Source of the DNA: a virus
Virus record (IMG/VR): IMGVR_UViG_3300045988_037736
Location: 1 to 64,000 of that record
Reading direction: 5' to 3' (one strand)
Length of the DNA: 64,000 nucleotides
Part shown: in pieces, positions 20,093 to 30,500 of the stretch
Position numbering within the stretch: the first letter of the stretch is position 1
How the letters are laid out: every line of letters starts with the position of its first letter
Position numbers and translations under genes: made by a program
Notes under the pieces: model-generated
Seen by the model: the letters and a program-made list of their open reading frames with translations, nothing else
Database searches by the model: none
Told to the model about the DNA's origin: nothing

Positions 20093-20630
20093 GAAACTTA
20101 GACTGTTAGTCACCTCAGAATGCCCTAACAGGTGTCCTATGTGCTGTAATAATCAATTTGACTTTGACCAGTTAGAAAGGGTCAAGGACTTTGATTATGA
20201 TGAAATCATGATTACAGGAGGTGAGCCTTTGCTATACCCTGATAAGGTAGAGGAACTTGCCAGGTCTATAAAGGTATGCAACTCTATTATATATCCTGAA
20301 GAGAATACTCCTAAAATCTATGTGTACACTTCTGTTGCATCATATTTGGCTTTCAGACAGGTACTTAGAGAGGTGGATGGCATTGTACTTACTCCTCACA
20401 GTGGAAGAGATGTGCAGCAGTTCCTAAAGCTCAATGATGTACTAAAGTTGCACCTGAGATTTAATGAATTACGCCCTTCACTTAGGCTCAACCTCTTTAA
20501 GAACATCAAGAAGATGCTCCCTGAAGATATTGATTTGTCGTTATGGCAAGTTAAAGATATGGAATGGGTCAAGGACTGTCCTGTTCCTAAGGGAGAAGAC
20601 TTTAGAAGATTGCCTACTTTATGGACATAG
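20070..20630 (+). CDS. small radical SAM enzyme (QueE/NrdG-like family)
   Basis: 'SECPNRCPMCC' is a CxxxCxxC motif. 'ITGGEPLL' is the SAM-binding GGE motif. The ATG at 20070 is preferred over the GTG at 20052. It ends with TAG (20628-20630). Confidence 0.5.
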   Translation: MEMMERNRKLRLLVTSECPNRCPMCCNNQFDFDQLERVKDFDYDEIMITGGEPLLYPDKVEELARSIKVCNSIIYPEENTPKIYVYTSVASYLAFRQVLREVDGIVLTPHSGRDVQQFLKLNDVLKLHLRFNELRPSLRLNLFKNIKKMLPEDIDLSLWQVKDMEWVKDCPVPKGEDFRRLPTLWT

Positions 20631-20631
20631 T

Positions 20632-20823
20632 ATGAAGCAATGGGCACACAGAGAGTTTGTTAAGTTAGTCAGACAGAATGGCTTTGAATATGTGAGAAGC
20701 AAAGGAAGTCATGATATATACTATAACAGACAGGGAAGACATATCAGTATTCCTCAAACTCTTGTGGATGTAATTGCTAGAAGACTGATTCGAGAGAATA
20801 ATTTAGTTTCAAAGCGTGAATAG
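20632..20823 (+). CDS. HicA/YcfA-like small protein (63 aa)
   Basis: 'FEYVRSKGSHDIYYNRQGRHISIPQ' matches the HicA dsRBD-like 'KGSH...IP' core. No HicB-like partner is adjacent. Confidence 0.45.
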   Translation: MKQWAHREFVKLVRQNGFEYVRSKGSHDIYYNRQGRHISIPQTLVDVIARRLIRENNLVSKRE

Positions 20824-20874
20824 TTGTAATTGCACTTGCAATTGAAAAATTTTTCCTAACTTTACAAAAAAAAA

Positions 20875-21444
20875 ATGGAATATTGGAAATCAGTAGTAGG
20901 TTATGAAGGATGCTACGAAGTTAGCTCCTTAGGAAGAGTAAGGAGTGTAGAGAGACAAGTGTGGAACCCTGGAAGGAATTGTTACAGAACTCAATACTCT
21001 AGAGTTTTGAGATTGTTTCAAGATAATAAAGGTTATTACAGAGTTACACTGTCGAAGGATGGGAAGCTCAATCAGAAACTAGTACATAGATTAGTAGCTG
21101 AGGCATTCATCCCCAACCCAAATAATCTGCCTCAAATAAATCACAAAGATGAGGTTACTTCTAATAACAATGTTTCTAATTTGGAATGGTGTTCTAATGA
21201 TTATAATTGTAATTATGGAAACCATAATGCAAACATTAGTGCAACTCAATCTATTCCTATAGAGCAGTTGTCCATAGATGGGACTCTTATCAAGGAGTGG
21301 TCCTCTGCTAGGGAAGCTGAAAGGTCTCTCGGTATTCCAAATGTAAACATTCTTAGGTGTTGTCATGGTGGTTTTTACAGTAAAGGTAGAGGAAGATGGG
21401 TAAATGTAACTACAGCTAATGGCTTCAAATGGAGATTCAAATAA
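20875..21444 (+). CDS. HNH homing endonuclease (NUMOD4 + HNH)
   Basis: The N-terminal NUMOD4-like segment is 'GYEGCYEVSSLGRVRS'. The HNH core is 'HRLVAEAFIPNP...INHKDEVTSNNNVSNLEW'. Confidence 0.7.
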   Translation: MEYWKSVVGYEGCYEVSSLGRVRSVERQVWNPGRNCYRTQYSRVLRLFQDNKGYYRVTLSKDGKLNQKLVHRLVAEAFIPNPNNLPQINHKDEVTSNNNVSNLEWCSNDYNCNYGNHNANISATQSIPIEQLSIDGTLIKEWSSAREAERSLGIPNVNILRCCHGGFYSKGRGRWVNVTTANGFKWRFK

Positions 21445-21631
21445 TATGGAAAAGTTAGTAGTAATTGACTTTCTATGTCAGGAGGTTGAAGTTCATATCT
21501 ATAACATATCTTCTGATATAGAAGTTGATGAGGAGTTCATTGAGAAGTTGGGACATGATACCAACCATTGTCAGTGGGCTTTCGGAACAAAAGTAGACAT
21601 AGTAAAACATAAAGGAAAAATACTGAAATGA
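21419..21631 (+). CDS. hypothetical small protein
   Basis: 70-aa ORF. Confidence 0.3.
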   Translation: MASNGDSNNMEKLVVIDFLCQEVEVHIYNISSDIEVDEEFIEKLGHDTNHCQWAFGTKVDIVKHKGKILK

Positions 21632-21897
21632 AACTATTACAATTCAAAGCAAACTGGTGTGGTCCTTGCAGGCAGCAGACCAAAGAGTTTGAGGAGAACC
21701 CTGTAGATGTAGAGGTTGTAGCTATTGACATTGATGAAGATGAGGCTGAACTCTCTACTAAGTATGGGATTAGGAGCATTCCTACAATGATTCTCATAGG
21801 AGACAATGATGAAATGTTGCATAGGTGGACTGGCTACACTAAATCTAGTACTATCAATGAGTTCATCAATGAATCAAGAGGAATTGCAGCTCCTTAG
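21628..21897 (+). CDS. trx: thioredoxin
   Basis: The 'WCGPC' active site is at residues 10-14 of an 89-aa ORF. It terminates with TAG. Confidence 0.7.
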   Translation: MKLLQFKANWCGPCRQQTKEFEENPVDVEVVAIDIDEDEAELSTKYGIRSIPTMILIGDNDEMLHRWTGYTKSSTINEFINESRGIAAP

Positions 21898-21910
21898 AGA
21901 GAACAATGAA

Positions 21911-22069
21911 ATGCTCAAGGAAATACTAAGTATCTTAAGAAGATTGACAAGCAAAGAGCACATAGAAAAGGAAGACCTTAAGGCATTTGCTATCAATCTT
22001 CTTGCAGATATTATGGTAGAGTACAAATCAGATGAGCTAAGCAGGTTAGTGAAAGATATAAAGTTATGA
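21911..22069 (+). CDS. hypothetical small protein
   Basis: The track ORF 21806..22069 overlaps trx by 92 nt. An internal start after the trx stop is more plausible. Confidence 0.25.
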   Translation: MLKEILSILRRLTSKEHIEKEDLKAFAINLLADIMVEYKSDELSRLVKDIKL

Positions 22070-22233
22070 CAAAGAAAGAACTGCAAGCACTAATGCCTCT
22101 ATTAGGTGCTGTCAGAAGTGCAGCATCAGAAATAGACTATTACAGTGTGGACTATGATTGTAAAGACTTAGGACATATTGCTGATAGGCTAAGAGAGGCA
22201 TTGGATAAATTCAGAAAGGAGGCTAAGGTATGA
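22066..22233 (+). CDS. small hypothetical protein (55 aa)
   Basis: Coupled by ATGA overlaps at both ends. An 'aaggagg' element precedes the downstream start. Confidence 0.25.
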   Translation: MTKKELQALMPLLGAVRSAASEIDYYSVDYDCKDLGHIADRLREALDKFRKEAKV

Positions 22234-22439
22234 AGAAGTTCATAGTGGAGTCAGTATATCATGTACATATCATAAAGAAAGGACATGAATTTACAACTAC
22301 TGAACATCTTATAGCTGATTCATTCGAGGATGCTGTAGCTATGTGCAGAGAGATGTATCCTGATGGACATCTGGAGAGAGTAGAACTTGCCTTTCAAGCA
22401 AAGAAAAGACCTACAAAAACAATAACTGTTGAAATATGA
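22230..22439 (+). CDS. hypothetical small protein
   Basis: 69-aa ORF. Confidence 0.35.
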   Translation: MKKFIVESVYHVHIIKKGHEFTTTEHLIADSFEDAVAMCREMYPDGHLERVELAFQAKKRPTKTITVEI

Positions 22440-24268
22440 AACTTATAAACCCTTCATTTGAAATATATGAGCAAGGTCCTGGTTTAGATGGTATCTATGA
22501 AGCTATAGAGAGGGCAGGTAGGACTTGTTATAAAAGTAAAAGGCCAGAGGGTCAAACAGCAAAGGACTTTGTTGACAGGATGATTGCTTCTCAACATTGT
22601 TATACAGGTAGTAGTGAGGTTCTCACTGAAAGAGGGTGGGTTCCTTGGCATAGTTATAGTGGAGAAAAAGTAGCTGTTGTAGATAGAGACTCTAGCCAAT
22701 TTATTGGCTTTGAGTTCCCTACTAGAGTAATATCTCATGAATACACTGGTAACTTCTATTACTACCCATCACTAGGTTTAGAAGTTACAGATGGGCATAG
22801 AATGTATGGGCTATTTAGAGAAAGTAGAAATAACTTTTATAATAGTTCTTACTATGATGTCTTTGTATGTGGGCAATCCTATAAGGATAATAATGGTAGA
22901 GAAAAGACCCTTGGAGAGAGGATGTTCAAATCTCCTAAACATTGTCCAAAACCTATCTACACTAACCCTTTCTATGAACTAATAGGATTCTGGCTAGGAG
23001 ATGGTTGCTACCAAAAAGATACAATAAATAAGTTAGTATTCCATCTTAAGAAAGACAGGAAAATAGAGTATCTTATAAATCTATGTAATGAGCTAGGGTA
23101 TAAATTTGAGATAGGTAAGGGAAATTATTACAAAGTAGTTAGAGATGGTATAGGAGAGCTGGTTAATTCTCAGTTTTATTATAATGGTAAATACATTCCA
23201 ATGATGTATAAAGCTGATGACCCTATTGCTGTTAATTCTATAATAAAAGGATTGATTAACTCTGATGGGAGTGTTGGAGTAAATACCAAGACTGTTACTT
23301 TTACCAGCACCAGCTATAGCATCATAGATTGGATAAACTCTGTAGCCCCTATTGGCGGTTATACAGCCTCATTCAGAGGAATTTGTCATGAAACTCCTGT
23401 ACACAATCCTGTGTATAAAATTCTTTTGTTAGATACTGATTATACTATTAACAATGATAGTAGAAACCCAGACTCTAAAGTTAGAATAACTAATAAAACA
23501 GAGAGAGTTTATTGTGTTACTGTCTCTACTGGCTTGATTATAGTTAGAGGTGACAATGGGGTTACTTCTATCTGTGGTAACTGTGCAATGCTAGAGCATG
23601 GTACTGTGTACCTTAAAGTCCCTAATAGTGTTGTAGATGAAGGGTTCCAGTTTGGCACTAATTGGAGTATTTTATGCCTAAATCCTTATACGAAATATAC
23701 TAGTGATGGAGATTATTACTACTATACGACTAACTACAGAGTAATTATAGAACATGGCTTACAAGGAGTTCTTGAGTATCTTTGTGAACCTACAGAATAT
23801 CATGAAAAGAGAATTACTGTGAGGTTTACAACTGATAGGGGAGTATCCCATGAATTTGTAAGACACAGAGTATTCTCTTTTGCTCAGGAAAGTACAAGGT
23901 ATTGTAACTATTCTAAGGATAAGTTTGGAAATGAACTTACTTTTATTATTCCTAACTGGGTTAATACTCATTGTCCTAATAAGGAACAAGAAGGTCCTTC
24001 TGTACCTGATATGGAATGGAGTTCTGCAATGTTAAATGCAGAAGCAAGTTATATGAATCTTCTTAAAATGGGTTGGACTCCTCAGCAAGCAAGGACTGTT
24101 TTACCAAACTCCTTAAAGACAGAATTAGTTGTAACTGGGTTTGTATCTGATTGGAAGAAATTCTTTAGACTCAGAAGTAGGATTGCTGAAACTGGAAAAC
24201 CTCATCCACAAGCTCAGGAACTTGCAGATTCACTTATGGATGAGTTTGTCAAAAGAGGATTGATATGA
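22436..24268 (+). CDS. thyX: flavin-dependent thymidylate synthase ThyX interrupted by an intein
   Basis: The N-extein is 'RTCYKS...ASQH'. The C-extein is 'CAMLEHGTV...RHRVFSFAQESTRY', containing the ThyX RHR...S signature. The 610-aa precursor is far longer than the 220-300 aa typical of ThyX. Confidence 0.75.
   Translation: MKLINPSFEIYEQGPGLDGIYEAIERAGRTCYKSKRPEGQTAKDFVDRMIASQHCYTGSSEVLTERGWVPWHSYSGEKVAVVDRDSSQFIGFEFPTRVISHEYTGNFYYYPSLGLEVTDGHRMYGLFRESRNNFYNSSYYDVFVCGQSYKDNNGREKTLGERMFKSPKHCPKPIYTNPFYELIGFWLGDGCYQKDTINKLVFHLKKDRKIEYLINLCNELGYKFEIGKGNYYKVVRDGIGELVNSQFYYNGKYIPMMYKADDPIAVNSIIKGLINSDGSVGVNTKTVTFTSTSYSIIDWINSVAPIGGYTASFRGICHETPVHNPVYKILLLDTDYTINNDSRNPDSKVRITNKTERVYCVTVSTGLIIVRGDNGVTSICGNCAMLEHGTVYLKVPNSVVDEGFQFGTNWSILCLNPYTKYTSDGDYYYYTTNYRVIIEHGLQGVLEYLCEPTEYHEKRITVRFTTDRGVSHEFVRHRVFSFAQESTRYCNYSKDKFGNELTFIIPNWVNTHCPNKEQEGPSVPDMEWSSAMLNAEASYMNLLKMGWTPQQARTVLPNSLKTELVVTGFVSDWKKFFRLRSRIAETGKPHPQAQELADSLMDEFVKRGLI
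22598..23581 (+). mobile_element. LAGLIDADG-type intein inside thyX (~328 aa)
   Basis: It starts 'CYTGSSEVLTERG' (Hint block A). LAGLIDADG blocks are 'LIGFWLGDGC' and 'KGLINSDGSV'. It ends '...GVTSICGN' followed by the +1 Cys of the extein. Confidence 0.65.
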
Positions 24269-24532
24269 TAAGTAACATCAAACTAATCCTTCCTCACTTC
24301 TATTACCCTAACTCCCTTAGCAACAATAAATGAATTTATCAAAGGTTATTTGTTGCTCTGTTGAGTTATTAAATAACTTCTTTTGCCCATGTAGCTTTAT
24401 ATTTATGGAGTTACATGGGCAATTATCTTCCAAAAACAAACACAATCATTATTAGCCTTCAGTTTTTTCCTTATGCTGTTGGTTATATAAAGAAATTTAC
24501 TTACCTTTGCACAAAACTTTAAGATACATCAT

Positions 24533-27500
24533 ATGAGTAAAGTATGTTATATACCCTTGAAAGGGGTAGATGATGTGATTGCAGCACATCTTGGGTGGAA
24601 ACCCACAGCAACCTTTAACCCAGCCTATAGAGTGGCTACACTTAGAGGCATGTATGATGAGGTACATGAGAAGAATCCACTTGATACTTCTGACCCTGCA
24701 AAAGCAGCTCAAGCTCTTGCAACTTTCAGAAAGGAAATAGCAAGAGGAAATAATGTTGCCATGAACAGTATAGGCACCAATCTTCATGCCTCTTACATAC
24801 AGCTTAGAAGGAACTTCACAGCAGAAGAAAGGTTCAATAGAGTCAATATGCTTGCATCTATGTTCTCAAGATGGATTGACAGGATGAAGGCAGCTGACCC
24901 TTCAAAGTCAAGAACTCAGTTTGTTGAAGGCTTCACTAGAGATGGTAAGCTAGTGGCAGGAGAGTTTGCAATCTTTGAAAAGATGTATAGTGAGTTGATA
25001 GATAAGCAGTCTTACTATATGAGCCTTAATACTCAAGAGGGCAGGGAAAGAGCAGACAAAATCAACCAAATACTCAGTAACTGGGCACCTCTTACAGCCT
25101 TTGTGAGAATGAAGCTCAGAGATACTGAGGGTGTCAAGCTTGGTAATGCACTTGAATGGGCAGATGAAACCAATGCTGATAACTTTGGTGAGAATAACAT
25201 GGGTGAGTTGTTTGATATGTCAGAGTCTAAAAGAGAAAGCTGGCAAGAGACCAATGATATGCAGTCTTCCTTTGGCTCTGTGGGCAAGAATGTTAGGAGG
25301 CTTATTAGCTGCGCTCCTCTATACAAGGAGGTAGATGGAAAGCCACAAGTTCAGTATGATGACCTTGGTCATCCTATCATGCTTGACCCTGTAAAAGTCC
25401 ATCAAGCCCTTATGGAAGACCTGAGAGGTATTACTTCCGAAGACCAGATGATGAGAGCTTTCTTTACAAAGGATGGTTCTCTAAAGCATGAATGGCTCAA
25501 GCCTATTGTGCAGACTCTAAGGACAAACAACCAACTTAGAACACAGTTCTTTGTTGACTTCAAGAAGAATTTCCAACCCTATTCTATCCTTGTAGAAGAT
25601 AAAGACCCTGCTAATAAAGGACTCAAGGTCTTCAAGACTAAGTTACTAAACAGGGTTGAGAACCTTCTAGGTGGTGAGTTTATGACAAGAGTTCAACTTG
25701 GTACTCCTGTCAATGAAATGAACTCAGTCTTTGACAAGAATGGAAATGTGGACTGGCAGAATCTTCAGAAGGTAAGAAGCTCTATTACAGAGTGGCTCAA
25801 TCCTGGTCCTATGAAAGTAGCTAAATGGGACAATCCAAAAACTACAAGGGCTGAAAAGAGAGCTTTCCTCCTTGAGAAGAGAGCTTTCCTCCTTGAGGTA
25901 AGTGAGGCTCTTGGTATGCCAGTGGATGCTGATACTGTTGACTCTATCATGGGCACTCCTAAAGACTTAAAGGAGTATCTAAACAATCTGAAACAAGCTC
26001 TTGTATATGGTATTGAAGGTAACCTTACCAAAGAGGTTGCTGACAAACTTACAGCAGGAGACTACTCCATAAGTAAGAGAAGCTATAAGTCACTTCTTAA
26101 TGCACAGAACTCATCTAAGGGTTCTCTCAGGGAGAAGATAGATAAGATGCTTACTCTAGTAACCAAGAACAGAGAAGGACTTAGACTAGAATCCAGAGTG
26201 AGGCACAAAGACTCTAAGGGAAATGGTATCACTCTCTTCTCTAATATCAATCCTTCCTACATGGGGGACAAACTTGAACTCATTAAGAGTTATGTAGAAG
26301 CTAATGATAAGAAAGGTCTTAAGAAGTTCCTTGAAGACCACTATCTAAGCTCCTCATATTTCAGAGATTCAAAAGGTACAGTTCTCAATGTGTGGCTTGA
26401 GGAATTACTCAAGTGCTGTGATGAGAAAGGTCCTGAACTCTCTGAGACTTTTGCAGCTCAGTTTGACTACATGAGGTCTCTTGGTTCTGCTGACATTAAC
26501 TTTGAGAACTTCACTGGAAAGCAGCACATGGTTGATATGCTTACCAGATTCTTCTCTGATAAACAGATTAGCTCAAATGCAGATACTGCTCTATATCCTG
26601 TCTTCATTCTTGGTGATAGTGGTGTGAGCAAATACATAAGAGCCAAGATGTATGAAGCAGAGGACATCCTTGATGGAATGTACAAGGTATGGAGGCAAGA
26701 GAAAAGAAGAATGATGCTCACTGAAGCAGCCAATAGAATCCTTGAAGAAGGAGGCTATAAGGGCATTGATAACTTCTCAAAGAGAAAGGTTGAAGTAAAG
26801 AGAGATGCAAGTGGCAAAGTCATTGATGTTGTTGGTGAGTATACTATGCTCCCCTTCCTCAATGAACCTAAGTATGCTAAACTCCTTGGAAGCCAGAGTG
26901 AAGCAGAAGTGAAAGCTGCTATACAGGCTTATATGGCTGATGCTCTTGTAAGTTTCAAACAGTCCCTCAATAATATGGGATTGCTTGAAACCAAGACTGT
27001 AAAGGCTAGAGACCCCAAGACAGGGAAGTATTCTGATGTTGAAAGGTATGTACATCTACCTAAGAACATCTCTCCTGCTACTCTTGACAGAGACCTTGCA
27101 AGATTCTACTGGAATACTAAGTTTGCTACTATTCAACAGCTCCAGATGATGACCATAGATACTGCCTTCTATAAAGGTACTAAAGACCTTCAGAAGAGGT
27201 ACAAGGAGATTCATGCTCCTGGTCAGGTTCTCAGCCTTACTGCTCTTGACAGAGATGGCAAGAGATATAGTGAGGATGGAATTGAAAGGTGCATCTACTT
27301 TGATGACATAGAGTTAAGTTCTGCTGACACCAACCCTAAATTCCTTGCTGCTGTAAAAGCAAGACTTGGAGAAGGTGCTTGGAAGAAATACCTTGAGAAT
27401 ACTCTTACTGATGGACAGGGTTACAGAAGCCTTAGGTCTTACAGAAAGGTTCTTGGTATGGCAGGTCAGTGGACTGATGAAATGGAGAATGCTTTCAGAG

Positions 27501-30500
27501 AGATTGAAGGCATCAGAAGTAGATATGGTAAAGACAAGATTCCTGCTGAGGAGTTGAAGAGAATTGCAGACCTTGCAGTCATCTTCCAACCTATTAAGCC
27601 TTATATGTTTACTCATGAAGTACTGGCAGTAAATAATACTGACAAACTCTTCATTCCAGTACAGCACAAATATGCTGAGGCAGTGCTTATCCCTGAACTA
27701 CTTCCTCATGGAAGTAAGTTAAGAGATATAGCCTACTATATGGATGAGAACAACATTGACTTGGTTGGCTCTACTAAGATTGTCAAGGTAGGTGGCTTTG
27801 GTTCTACAAGTATTAAGGGAGTTACCAATGCAGAGGAACTCAATACTGCTTTGGCAAAGGGCTATGTACATCAGTTAGACTATGCTGACTACAGAATACA
27901 AGGTAATGTTCCTGACCATGTACAGAGTGCTAGACTCTTTGGTACTCAGGTAAGGAAGCTTATCATGGCTGGAGTCAAGATGGATAGGTTTGATGATGGA
28001 CATTATGCAAGTTATGTAGACTCTGAGTTCATTAACCTTGGAGGAAAGCATGGCAATGTAAGAATGAATGGTAGGAATCTTATTTCCTTCTATAACTCTC
28101 TCATTGTAGCAAACATCATGGAGTCCTTTGACCTCTTCTCGAAGAAGACTGGTAATACTGAAGACCTCAGCAATCAGTTGATTCAAGCTGTCATAAACAA
28201 CAGTAGAGAGTCAATGGATAATCTTCTTGCCTATGGTATTGAAGATGGTGACTTTGCTGTCCCTTTGTTTGAGGCTGGTCTTGAACATGATGCTTCCTCT
28301 ATGCTTCTCAGTATCTTCAAGAAAACTGTCAATAAACAGACTATCCAAGGAAACCCTCTTGTGCAGGTATCTGCTATGGGTATCAGTGGGTATGCTGAAG
28401 ATGGTGACTTGCAGTATGTCACTGATGACAATGATAACATTCTCTATGCAGAATGTGAGATTCCTTGGGACCTCACATATACAGATGAGAAAGGCAATAC
28501 AGTTGCATTAGACTTCAATGACTATTGTAATGAAGATGGAACCCTCAAACTTGCCAAGGATGGCACTCCACTCATTGAAAAGAAACTTCCTGGTGTTACT
28601 AGCTTAGTAGCATATAGAATCCCTACTGAAAGAGACTATTCTATGATTAACCTTAGAGTTAAGAGATTTAGTCAGAAGACAGCAGGTGGTACTATTAAAG
28701 TTCCTGCTGAAGGAACTACCATTGCAGGTTTTGACTTTGACGTGGATAAGCTGTACTTGATGAGAAGAGAGTATAGGGCAAAGAGAAAGCAGTCTAAAGA
28801 TGAGGCAACAGATAATCTGCTGTCTGCTATCTTTGGACAGGATACTTCTGAGCTGCTTGAGTTTGAAGAGTATGACTTCACAAAGTCTCCTCTTGAGAAC
28901 ACTAAAGCTGCAAGGAACAATATGCTCATTCATCTCATTCAGCAGAGACTTACGGACCCTGAGACCTTCGAGCAAAGGTATACCCCTGGTGGTTTTGCTA
29001 ATGCTTCTAGGTCTGCAAGAATCATGAGAGAACTGCTGTTTGGTGACCTCTCTGGAATAGTACATAATGGTGAGGTTGACTTTGCAGCACTTAATGAGAG
29101 AGCTGCAAGGAAAGACCTTGACCCTGAGCCTAACTATGACCCTTCAGACCCCATGACTATCATCACTTATAATCAGCAGAACCAAGTAGCTGGAAAGCTT
29201 GTTGGTGTCTTTGCTAACCAAAATACTAACCATGCTTTTGCAAGTCTTATGAGCAGCTTCAGATTAGGTGCTCCTATCTCATTTGCAGAACATAGTTATG
29301 GTGATGGTAGAATGAGTGACTTCCTTAACCCTCCTGCTGGAGTTGATGTAGACTTGAATGTAGCAGAGCTTCTTTCTGCATCTGTGGATGCTGTAAAAGA
29401 CCCTGTGCTTAACTTCATGAATCTTAATACAATAACAGCAGATGCTGGAGCTATCCTTGCAAGAATTGGTTACACAACTCAAGAGATTGGTATCCTGTTC
29501 AATCAGCCTATCATCAAAGAACTTTGTGACTATTGCTTCAATAATGCAGTAGGAATAGAGACTGCTCTTAGGGATGTTAAAGCCAAGTATCTTACAGTTG
29601 AAGGAGTGAAAGCTGCTTCATCTACAAGCCCCAGTGACTTCACAATAGAGAAGCTTGCAAGTCATATCATTCAAGATAGAACTTCAAGAGAGGCTGGCAA
29701 CAATGCCATGCAAGAGGCAGGTTTCATAAGTGAGCAGTTGAAGGTTCTTGAACTCTTCAACAACATCACTACTATTGCAAGTCAGGTGTCTCAGTTTGTA
29801 ACTTCTACCAAGTTCACTGCATCAAATGCAGTAGGTTCTACCTTTGGTGACCTCTATGCACAGCAGATGAGAGTCAACAAGTATCTTGAAGGAGTTGAGA
29901 CTAATGAGGCTATCATCATGGAAGTAACTGACAGGATTCATACTCCTCTTAATAACAGTCAGAGTCTTCTTGGCATGAGTAATGAGGAATACTTTGATAC
30001 CCTTATTGACAATCCCTTTGCATATGAGCAGGCAATGTTTGATGCAAACAGGAGAGCTTTAAGGCATCTCATGAAGTACTTCCCCTATGATAACTCTTGT
30101 TATTCAAAGGCAAGAGCAAGACTTGCCAGTCTTACTAAAGCTGGCACTCTTGATGCTGACACTATCAACAGTCTTCACAGTGACATGATGGTATATCTGT
30201 TAGCCAATGAAGAACACAGTGACTTCAATGGTGAGCTTCCAAAGCTTGGAACAGGTCATACCAATCCTGATGGCACAGCTCCTACAGTCAGAGAATATTA
30301 TACCAAGTACTTTGCAAGTGATATGTTTAAGGAACTTGAAGCAAACCCTGCTCTCAAGGAACTTGCAATCTTCAAGTACATGGTATTTGAGGCTAATGAC
30401 CAGGGAGAAGTTAGGATGAATGTTCAAGGTATAGGTGGTCTTGCTCCTTTCCAAAAGGATGAAATCAGGGAGAGCTGGTCTGATTTAAGTAGGAATAATC

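Noticed and set aside
22598-23581. The insertion in thyX could be a group I intron with a homing endonuclease ORF.
   Set aside because: The reading frame is continuous through the insert. The insert starts with Cys, ends with Asn and a +1 Cys, and has Hint blocks. It is an intein spliced at the protein level.
24385-24420. The stem-loop in the large intergenic region could be a tRNA, for example the missing suppressor.
   Set aside because: It is only ~36 nt and has no T-arm or D-arm features. Other intergenic gaps inspected also lack a tRNA cloverleaf.
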